Shown one piece after another: positions 16,769-23,876 of a stretch of DNA of 28,544 bases. Where the stretch lies: contig JBGQJI010000018.1 of NCBI GenBank assembly GCA_041498975.1, forward strand, positions 1-28,544, read 5' to 3'. The translations under genes were made by a program, and so were the position numbers. Positions within the stretch are counted from its first letter, which is position 1. Every line of letters begins with the position of its first letter. The DNA comes from Candidatus Methylomirabilis sp. Lineage in GTDB: Bacteria; Methylomirabilota; Methylomirabilia; Methylomirabilales; Methylomirabilaceae. The notes beneath the pieces were generated by a model. It did not search any database, was not told where the DNA came from, and saw only the letters and a list, made by a program, of their open reading frames with translations.

Positions 16769-17028
16769 CGAATCCACGGACGGCTGGCGATGAGGAGAAA
16801 GAGGGCACACGAAGGCAGGATTGTCCGTATCTGCGGCGGACGAGGATGACCTCCTGGTACCCCATCGAGGGGTACTGCCTGGCCCACAGCGATGGGGGGC
16901 TTCGAGTGGTGACCGTCGCCGAATTTCACGAGCTGTGCACGAAGGCCGAGCACATCCGTTGCGAGCTGTACTGCGGGCGGCGGGGGAAAGGACATGCCGC
17001 GGGAGAACCGGAACAAGGAGGAGCCTGA
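16756..17028 (+). CDS. Small Cys/His-rich hypothetical protein (putative metal-binding)
   Basis: RBS GGAGG then ATG 16756; CPYL...GYC...C-x4-H-x2-C-x3-C; fills the gap between two genes and its stop overlaps the next start (TGATG). Confidence 0.65.
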   Translation: MEMLTNPRTAGDEEKEGTRRQDCPYLRRTRMTSWYPIEGYCLAHSDGGLRVVTVAEFHELCTKAEHIRCELYCGRRGKGHAAGEPEQGGA

Positions 17029-17672
17029 TGTTGGTGGAGAACCGGATGAGGCGCGATCCGATTACGATCAGCCCGGAGACCGGCATCCTCGAAGCCTCTC
17101 GGCTGTTGCGCCAGCACAAGATCCGTCACCTGCCGGTCGTCAAAGGGGGAAGGTTGGTGGGCATCCTGACCGATCGGGACCTGAAACGCGTGTCGCCGTC
17201 ACCGGCGACAAGTCTCTCGGTCTACGAGGTGAACTACCTCTTGGACAAGCTCGAGGCCAAGGAGGTGATGACCAAGCAGGTGGTGACCGTAACCCCCAAG
17301 ACGACCGTCGAGGAGGCGGCCAAGCTCTTGCTGTCTCACAGGATCGGCGGCCTGCCGGTCGTCGAGGGGGAGATGCTGGTCGGGATCCTCACCGAGACCG
17401 ACGTGCTCGAGGCGTTGGTGGAGGCGATGGGGATTCGGGGGTCCTGCTCGCGGGTGGAGGTCGTAGTGGAGGACGCGCCCGCTGCCCTCTACTCAATCGG
17501 CGACATCGTCAGGACGCGGGGGGGCGACATCGTGAGCATTATGACTGCCGGAGCGAGGCACAAAGGAGAGGAACGCAAGGTCTTGATCGTCAGGGTCGAA
17601 GATGAGAACCCCGAAGAGCTGGTGAAGGCGATCGAGAAGGCGGGGTATCCCGTCCTCTCCGCCGCTGCCTAG
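17028..17672 (+). CDS. CBS-pair plus ACT domain protein (AcuB-like)
   Basis: RBS AAGGAGG then ATG 17028; IRHLPVV, DRDLKRVSPSPATSLSVYEVNYLLDKL, RIGGLPVV; C-terminal ACT (SRVEVVVEDAP..IVSI..LIVRV..AGY). Confidence 0.92.
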   Translation: MLVENRMRRDPITISPETGILEASRLLRQHKIRHLPVVKGGRLVGILTDRDLKRVSPSPATSLSVYEVNYLLDKLEAKEVMTKQVVTVTPKTTVEEAAKLLLSHRIGGLPVVEGEMLVGILTETDVLEALVEAMGIRGSCSRVEVVVEDAPAALYSIGDIVRTRGGDIVSIMTAGARHKGEERKVLIVRVEDENPEELVKAIEKAGYPVLSAAA

Positions 17673-17691
17673 ACTCAAAAGAGGAGGGAGC

Positions 17692-18276
17692 ATGAACGAG
17701 AAGCGAATCGAAGATCGATTCCCGAAGACCATCGTCCTCAAGGACGGCACCAAAGTGGTGTTGAAGGCCATGACGCACACGGACAGGGATGCGCTTCATC
17801 AATTTTTTTCGAGGGTTCCGGAACAGGATCGAAAGTTCTTGAAGCATGACGTGTCGAAGAAGGAAGTCATCGATTCCTGGCTGAAGGATATTAACTATGG
17901 GCGGGTTTTTCCCATGTTGGCCGAGGTCGATGGGAAAGTCGTCGGCGACGCGACCCTGCATCGCCGCAGCAGCGGTTGGCTGAAGCATGTGGCGGAAGTG
18001 CGGCTGGTCGTCGATCCAGCCTACCGGCACAAGGGCCTGGGCAGCCATCTGCTGGAAGAGATCATCATGCTCGCGGCCGACGCCGGGGTGGAAAAGCTGG
18101 TCGCCGAAATCGTCGCGGAGGAACGAGCGGCGATTCGGGCATTTCAACGGTTCAACTTCGAGCAGGTCGCGGTCCTGCCGGGCATCGTGAAGGACCAGAA
18201 CGGCAGGTATCAGGACTTGGTGGTGATGGTCCTGGATGTGCCCACTGCGTTTGTTCCGGATTGGTTCTATTTCTGA
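17692..18276 (+). CDS. GNAT acetyltransferase (paralog 1)
   Basis: LKDGTKVVLK, VVGDATL and motif A VVDPAYRHKGLGS. Confidence 0.9.
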   Translation: MNEKRIEDRFPKTIVLKDGTKVVLKAMTHTDRDALHQFFSRVPEQDRKFLKHDVSKKEVIDSWLKDINYGRVFPMLAEVDGKVVGDATLHRRSSGWLKHVAEVRLVVDPAYRHKGLGSHLLEEIIMLAADAGVEKLVAEIVAEERAAIRAFQRFNFEQVAVLPGIVKDQNGRYQDLVVMVLDVPTAFVPDWFYF

Positions 18277-18307
18277 TCGCGAGGGATCCTGAAACAGGAG
18301 GGACGAG

Positions 18308-18871
18308 GTGTTCAAACGCTACCCAAAACGCGCGAGGCTCAGCGATCGTACTCAAGTGACGCTGCGCCTGATGGTGAAGAAGGATCAGCAGGCCCTCTAC
18401 GAGTTCTTTCAGCGGGTCTCGAGGGAAGACCGCCTCTTCCTCAGGGATGATGTCTCGAAACCGGCGACCGTTCAATCCTGGGTCGAGGAGTTGGACTACG
18501 CGCGGGTTCTGCCGCTCCTGGCGCTCGTTGACGGGCGAGTGGTCGGCGATGCCACGCTGCACCGGCGGGTCCATGGCTGGACCCGCCATCTGGGGAAGGT
18601 GCGGCTCGTGATCGATCCCGTGTATCGACAGAAGGGACTTGGAAGCCTGCTGATCAAGGAACTGAAAGAGATCGCCAGGGGCTTGAAGCTGGAGCGGTTG
18701 GTCGTGGAACTGATGGGCAGCCAGCAGGCGGCGCTTGCCGCCTTCCGTCAGCTTGGCTTCGAGCGGGCCGCTGTGCTGTACCGTCACGTCAAGGACCGGG
18801 CAGGCAGGCCCCAGGACCTGGTGATCCTGATACACGATCTGGAGGAAGTGCCGGAACCGGTGTCATTCTGA
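18308..18871 (+). CDS. GNAT acetyltransferase (paralog 2)
   Basis: RBS AGGAGG then GTG; VVGDATLHRR and VIDPVYRQKGLGS; colinear with paralog 1. Confidence 0.9.
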   Translation: MFKRYPKRARLSDRTQVTLRLMVKKDQQALYEFFQRVSREDRLFLRDDVSKPATVQSWVEELDYARVLPLLALVDGRVVGDATLHRRVHGWTRHLGKVRLVIDPVYRQKGLGSLLIKELKEIARGLKLERLVVELMGSQQAALAAFRQLGFERAAVLYRHVKDRAGRPQDLVILIHDLEEVPEPVSF

Positions 18872-18961
18872 CCCGGCGGCCTATGCAGAAGAGGAACGAC
18901 GAAATCCGGGGGAGGCGAAGAACCTCTAACCGTGTGGGTGAAAGACACAGGAGGAATGACG

Positions 18962-19405
18962 ATGGCGCTCATGAAGTGGACACCGTTCGGCGAACTGACC
19001 ACATTCAGGCGAGAGATGGATCGGCTGTTCGAGCGGTTCTTTGGCGAGCTGCCGGGCCTGGGTCTGCCCGGGATGGTCTGGGCACCGCGTCTCGACATGA
19101 GCGAGACGAAGGACAGCCTGGTCGTGAAGGCCGAGCTTCCCGGCCTGGAGGCCAAGGACCTGGATATTTCCGTCTCCGGGGATACTCTGACCATCAAGGG
19201 TGAGAAGAAGCAGGAGAAAGAGGAGAAGGACGAGCACCGTCACCTGATTGAGCGCTCCCACGGCGCCTTTTCACGTATGGTGGAACTGACTGCGCCGGTG
19301 GCTGCGGACAAGATCAAGGCCACCTTCAAGAACGGCGTGCTGACCATCACCCTCCCGAAGACGGAGGAAGCGAAGCGCAAAGCGATCCCGATCAAGGTCG
19401 AATGA
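18962..19405 (+). CDS. Hsp20/alpha-crystallin small heat-shock protein
   Basis: RBS AGGAGG (18949-54) then ATG 18962; MDRLFERFF, AELPG, ERSHGAFSR and ATFKNGVLTITLPK. Confidence 0.96.
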   Translation: MALMKWTPFGELTTFRREMDRLFERFFGELPGLGLPGMVWAPRLDMSETKDSLVVKAELPGLEAKDLDISVSGDTLTIKGEKKQEKEEKDEHRHLIERSHGAFSRMVELTAPVAADKIKATFKNGVLTITLPKTEEAKRKAIPIKVE

Positions 19406-19423
19406 CGGCTGCCCTCGGCAGCA

Positions 19424-19552
19424 GTTCCAAGTTCCGTGTGCTGGGTTCCAAGTTAAGAAACGCTCCAAGTGCCGAGTTCCGGGTTTCCCTAAAGTCCAGA
19501 CCACGGCCCTTCGCGCCTTTCCAACTCGGAACTCGGCACCTGGAAATTGGAA
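19424..19552. repeat. Inverted arrays of degenerate heptamer repeats (GTTCCRR / YYGGAAC)
   Basis: GTTCCAA GTTCCGT GTGCTGG GTTCCAA GTT (19424-54), TCCAAGTGCCGAGTTCCGGGTT (19464-85), and the inverse AACTCGG AACTCGG CACCTGG AAATTGG AA (19523-52). Confidence 0.8.
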
Positions 19553-19591
19553 GTTTTATCCTAGGTTGACGGATCCCATGCGGAGAAATCG

Positions 19592-20113
19592 ATGAAGACA
19601 CCGATGAGAGGACGCAAGCGGTACAATCCCGCGTCATTCAAGAAGAAGGTGGACGTCCAGACCGACTCCTACATGCCCATCGGCGCGCCCGGCAAGCTGG
19701 TGGTCTGCGCCGGGTGCCACGCCATCTCAACAGGGAAGCGATGGCGCCTGGATGAGGAGGCCTATGCCAAGCTTCGTGGGGCGGGGACGACCAGGAAGGT
19801 CTTCTGTCCGGCTTGTGAGAAAATCCGCGATGGCTACCCGAGCGGGCAGTTGACGCTCAAAGGGCCATTTCTGGCCGAGCATCGTGAGGAGATCCTGCGC
19901 ATCATTGCCAACGAGGAGAAACGGGCCAGAGGGATCAATCCGCTCCATCGGATCATGAGCATTAGCGACAAGGATGGGGGACTCGAGATCGCGACAACCG
20001 ACGAGAAACTGGCGCAACGCATCGGGCGGGAGCTCCGCAAGGCCTGCGGGGGCACGGTGGCCTACGGGTGGTCGCACAATAACAAATTCCTGCGGGTGCA
20101 GTGGGAACGCTGA
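19592..20113 (+). CDS. BCAM0308-family (lxa locus-type) protein with two CxxC motifs
   Basis: DSY, VCAGCHA..GKRW, CPACEKIRDGYPSG.LTLKG.FL..HREEI, NPLHRIM and TTDEKLAQRIG match my recollection of this family. Confidence 0.8.
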   Translation: MKTPMRGRKRYNPASFKKKVDVQTDSYMPIGAPGKLVVCAGCHAISTGKRWRLDEEAYAKLRGAGTTRKVFCPACEKIRDGYPSGQLTLKGPFLAEHREEILRIIANEEKRARGINPLHRIMSISDKDGGLEIATTDEKLAQRIGRELRKACGGTVAYGWSHNNKFLRVQWER

Positions 20114-20126
20114 CGGGGCATCTCCA

Positions 20127-21332
20127 ATGACTGAGATCGTTCTGGAGCGCTTGCAGCGGCTGCCCATCGGCAAGCAGCGTGTGGAGATCGTGGAGCGGAA
20201 AGGGTTGGGGCATCCCGACTCGATCTGCGATACGGTGTTGGAGGAGGTCGCAAGAGCCATCAATAGCGAATATCAGAAACGCTTCGGCCGGATCCTCCAC
20301 AACAATATCGACAAAGGGCTCTTGGTGGCGGGGCGGGTGAGCCGGCGGCTTGGCGGAGGGCGGGTCATCCGCCCGATGGAGCTGGTGATCGGCGATCGGG
20401 CCACCTTCCGGGTTGGAAGCATCAAGGTCCCGATCAAGGAGATCGCGATCGAGGCCGCCAAGGAATGGTTCCGAAAGTCTCTTCGCCATGTGGACCCCGA
20501 CCACCACCTTCGGTATAGGGTTGTCCTCGCCCAGGGGTCTGAAGAGTTGGCCGACATCTTCCAACGCGGCACAGGAATCCGAGAGGCCAACGACACCTCC
20601 GCGGCTGTCGGCTACGCTCCCCTGAGTGAGACCGAGCAGATGATTCTCTGGGTGGAGCGGTACCTCAACTCCACCGCCTTCAAGGCGGCGTTTCCCGAAA
20701 CGGGAGAGGATGTAAAGGTGATGGGAGTGCGCGTGGACCGTGTGCTCAACCTGACGGTCGCCATGCCGCTCCTGTGTGAGGCCATCGCCTCTGAGGGAGC
20801 ATACTTCCGCAAAAAGGAGGAGATCGGGGAGGCGCTCCGCCGGGCCCTGCCCCCCTCGCCGGGCATCGAGGACGTCCGACTGACCCTGAACGCCCTGGAC
20901 CGGGAAGGCCGGGGGCTGGGTGGCATGTATCTCTCGCTCCTGGGGACATCGGCGGAGGATGCCGACTCCGGGCAGGTGGGACGGGGCAATCGGGTCAACG
21001 GGGTGATCCCGCTTAATCGCCCCGTGAGCGGGGAGGCGGCCGCAGGCAAGAACCCGGTCAGTCACATCGGGAAGATCTACAACGTCCTGTCGCATCGGAT
21101 GGCCGAGCAGATCTATCAACGGGTTGGCGGTGTCCTCGAGGTGTACGTCTGGCTCGTGGGCCAGATCGGCCGGCCGATCGATCAGCCTTGGGCGGCGGTC
21201 CAACTGATCCAGGCTGCCGAGGCGGAATTGGAGGTCGCCGGGGGAGAGGCACGGCTGGTGATTGAGCAGGAACTGGCGCGCTTGTCCGAGTTCTGCGTTG
21301 AGCTGGCAGAGGGGCGGTATCCGGTCTGCTAA
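20127..21332 (+). CDS. mat: Archaeal-type S-adenosylmethionine synthetase (COG1812)
   Basis: VEIVERKGLGHPDSICD, ANDTS..VGYAPLS, GEDVKVMG, GTSAE..DSGQVGRGNRVNG and AGKNPVSHIGKIYN. Confidence 0.92.
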   Translation: MTEIVLERLQRLPIGKQRVEIVERKGLGHPDSICDTVLEEVARAINSEYQKRFGRILHNNIDKGLLVAGRVSRRLGGGRVIRPMELVIGDRATFRVGSIKVPIKEIAIEAAKEWFRKSLRHVDPDHHLRYRVVLAQGSEELADIFQRGTGIREANDTSAAVGYAPLSETEQMILWVERYLNSTAFKAAFPETGEDVKVMGVRVDRVLNLTVAMPLLCEAIASEGAYFRKKEEIGEALRRALPPSPGIEDVRLTLNALDREGRGLGGMYLSLLGTSAEDADSGQVGRGNRVNGVIPLNRPVSGEAAAGKNPVSHIGKIYNVLSHRMAEQIYQRVGGVLEVYVWLVGQIGRPIDQPWAAVQLIQAAEAELEVAGGEARLVIEQELARLSEFCVELAEGRYPVC

Positions 21333-21353
21333 GGGTAAGAGAGGAGCGCGAAG

Positions 21354-21998
21354 ATGCGAGTCATGGATCGAATGCGGACTTCGCCGGTCAGCATCAGCCG
21401 GTCCGACACCTTGGACCATGCCCTGAGGACCCTGGAGTTCTGGAAGATCCGGCACCTCCCGGTTGTTGAAGGAGATCGTGTGGTTGGGATCGTGTCGGAT
21501 CGGGACCTCAAGAAGGCGGCTCCATCCCCGTTTGACCGTGACACCGCGGAGGAGTACCTGAGGTTGACCTGCGCGGTGACCATCAAGGAGGTCATGTCAA
21601 AGGAGGTGGTGACGATCTCTCCCCACGCTCCGATCGAGGAGGCGGCGAGCCTCATGTTCCGGAAGCGGATCGGCGCTCTGCCGGTCGTTCAGGACGGCAG
21701 GCTTGTGGGGATCATCACCGAGACCGATGTCCTTGGTGTGCTGACCGAGATGATGGGCGCCACCCAAACCGCGTCGCGAGTCGAGATCGAGGTCCCCGCA
21801 AGCCCCGGGGTCCTGACCGAGGTCATCCGGATCGTCGAGGGCCAGCAGGTGGAGATCGCGAGCCTTGTCACCCTGCAGGCGCGAGAAGGGGCGAGGCGCG
21901 TCGTCATCATCAGACTCCGGACCATCAATCCGGATCCCGTTGTCAAAGCGCTCACGGAGCGCGGCTATCCCCAGGTGGTCAGTGAGTTCGTGTGTTAG
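21354..21998 (+). CDS. CBS-pair plus ACT domain protein (second AcuB-like copy)
   Basis: IRHLPVV, SDRDLKKAAPSP, RIGALPVV..GIITETDV; ACT-like SRVEIEVPASPGVL..IIRL..RGY. Confidence 0.92.
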   Translation: MRVMDRMRTSPVSISRSDTLDHALRTLEFWKIRHLPVVEGDRVVGIVSDRDLKKAAPSPFDRDTAEEYLRLTCAVTIKEVMSKEVVTISPHAPIEEAASLMFRKRIGALPVVQDGRLVGIITETDVLGVLTEMMGATQTASRVEIEVPASPGVLTEVIRIVEGQQVEIASLVTLQAREGARRVVIIRLRTINPDPVVKALTERGYPQVVSEFVC

Positions 21999-22173
21999 TA
22001 CCGTTCCAACAATGTATGGCGACTGTGCCGTTCCGCGCGGTCGCGACCATTGCCATAAGGGACGCCGCTCAAACTCGGCCCATCAAGTTGGAACGGCACT
22101 AGAGCGGCATTGGCATCAGGGCCATGTGGATCGTCTCATCTGACGGCGGTCGAATGAGAGGAGGGGAAGGGCG

Positions 22174-22512
22174 ATGACACGAATCGTATCGAACGCGGGT
22201 CGGCTGATCACGGCGGCTGTCGCAGTCCTGGTTATCCTCGGACTGACCGCTGGAGGGGCTCTTGGGAAGGGGGAGGTCCGGGACATGGTCGGCAAGGTCG
22301 TTGCCGTGGAGCCGGGCTCCAAAACGATCGTCATCGAGACGACGGTGGGCAAGAGCATCATGACCGTTGGGGCCGAGGTTCCCGATACGGCCAGCATCAC
22401 GGCAGGGAAGGGGGCCAAGAAGCTCGCGGATGTCAAGGTCGGTGACAAGGTCAGGATGAAGTGGCTTCGCGAAGAGAAGGGACTGGTCGTCCAGTCGATC
22501 GCGATCCAGTAG
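22174..22512 (+). CDS. Small exported OB-fold-like protein
   Basis: Purine-rich RBS, signal peptide, GKVVAVE..TIVI and LADVKVGDKVRM. Confidence 0.75.
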   Translation: MTRIVSNAGRLITAAVAVLVILGLTAGGALGKGEVRDMVGKVVAVEPGSKTIVIETTVGKSIMTVGAEVPDTASITAGKGAKKLADVKVGDKVRMKWLREEKGLVVQSIAIQ

Positions 22513-22702
22513 GCGGGGATTGAAGCGAGCGAGTGGGCTCCTCTGGACATGGCGCGATCATCCGGCCCGTCCGTATGTCTCAGCCCAACGCCGCCGCCCG
22601 GGACGGCCCCGGGCTGAGAGCTCGCGGGAGCTGCCCGTGAACGAGAACAACGCCACTCGCTGATTGGCAGGCTGAGCGGATCGCGGAAAGGGGAGAGGCA
22701 TC

Positions 22703-23188
22703 GTGGCAAAACTGGGCACTCAATTCGCTGTGGTCGCCATTGTCGGCCTCCTTCTGGCAACCGACTCGGTAGCTCAGGTTGGAAGAGATTTTCGGTATAA
22801 GGGAAGTGGAGGCTGGGGGACGGGAGGTCAATACGGCAAGATGTACGATACCAAGACCGTGGAGACCGTGAGTGGGGAAGTTGTCAGCGTGACCAAGATG
22901 ACGCCCATGCAGGGGATGTCCACCGGTGTGCATCTCATGCTCAAGACAGATAAGGAGACGGTCTCCGTTCATCTGGGCCCCGGGTGGTATCTCGAAAACC
23001 AGGACGTGAAAGTCGAGCCGGAGGACAAGATCGAAGTCAAGGGCTCGAGAATTACCTTCAATGGCAAACCGGCGATCATCGCGGCTGAGGTAAGGAAGGG
23101 ATCTGAAGTGTTGAAACTCCGCGATGAAACCGGTTTCCCCGTGTGGGCTGCTTGGAAATCACCCGGAGATCCCAGGCATCGGCAGTGA
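22703..23188 (+). CDS. Exported conserved hypothetical protein (OB-fold-like, Gly-rich N-terminus)
   Basis: Signal peptide ending SVA; YDTKTVETVSGEV, GVHLML, VHLGPGWYL, DKIEVKGS and LRDETGFPVW. Confidence 0.8.
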   Translation: MAKLGTQFAVVAIVGLLLATDSVAQVGRDFRYKGSGGWGTGGQYGKMYDTKTVETVSGEVVSVTKMTPMQGMSTGVHLMLKTDKETVSVHLGPGWYLENQDVKVEPEDKIEVKGSRITFNGKPAIIAAEVRKGSEVLKLRDETGFPVWAAWKSPGDPRHRQ

Positions 23189-23872
23189 ATGGGGCCTAAG
23201 AGGCACTCGCAGGAAGAGGTACTCGATCCCTCGCTCGACCAGAGCCTGGAGGCGCTCTATCGGCTCAACCAGCATGGCGCTGCTGTGCCGGTGAAGGCCC
23301 TGGCGAAGAAGCTCCGGATATCGCGTGCAGAGGCCGCCGAGCGGGTTGTGCGCCTCCAGGCGCTCGGCTTCGTGACGAGCAACGCCGCCCTCGATCTGAC
23401 CTTGACCCCATCGGGAGCGGCATGGGGTGCCGTTCGGATCAGGCGGCATCGCCTCGTCGAGCGCCTGTTGCACGATCAGTTGGGGCTCCCATGGGAACAG
23501 GTCCACGAAGAGGCGGCGCGTATCGCACCGGCCATCTCCTTCGCGCTGGAAGAGCGACTCGATGCCGTCCTCGGCCACCCGGTCGCGTGCCCTCACGGCA
23601 ACCCGATCCCCGCCCCTGACGGATCGGTTATTGTTGAGCCGGCTACACCCCTGGATCGGCTGCGGCCGGGCTCGAAGGGGACGATCGCCGCCATCCTGCA
23701 GGAAGAGCCGCAGCTCCTGCGGTATCTGGCGGCGCTCGGCCTTTTTCCGAAGACGGAACTGGAGGTCGAGGAGGTTGCGCCCTTGGGTGGGCCGATCGTG
23801 GTGAAAGTGGGAGCTTCCAGATACGCCCTTGGCCGGGAAGTGGCGTCGCGGATCCTGATTCGGGAAACGTGA
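23189..23872 (+). CDS. DtxR/IdeR/MntR-family protein with C-terminal FeoA (SH3) domain; metal site degenerate
   Basis: LTPSG, RRHRLVERLL...GLPWEQVHEEA, LGHPVACPHGNPIP; FeoA-like LRYLAALGLFP..APLGGPIVV..ALG. Confidence 0.88.
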   Translation: MGPKRHSQEEVLDPSLDQSLEALYRLNQHGAAVPVKALAKKLRISRAEAAERVVRLQALGFVTSNAALDLTLTPSGAAWGAVRIRRHRLVERLLHDQLGLPWEQVHEEAARIAPAISFALEERLDAVLGHPVACPHGNPIPAPDGSVIVEPATPLDRLRPGSKGTIAAILQEEPQLLRYLAALGLFPKTELEVEEVAPLGGPIVVKVGASRYALGREVASRILIRET

Positions 23873-23876
23873 GACG

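Noticed and set aside
19424..19552. CRISPR array
   Set aside because: Units are 7-bp degenerate tandem repeats in inverted orientation with no spacers and no cas genes.
19962..21455. Long minus-strand ORFs (e.g. 497 aa here; 12698-13768; 15115-16185; 27470-28516; 11883-12791)
   Set aside because: They are antisense shadows of well-supported + strand genes in GC-rich DNA and have no recognisable motifs.
22094..22109. CGGCAC-TAGAG-CGGCA as a sigma54 promoter for the feo region
   Set aside because: GG-N10-GC spacing holds, but the -12 lacks TT and there is no IHF-like site at the usual distance; too weak to call.
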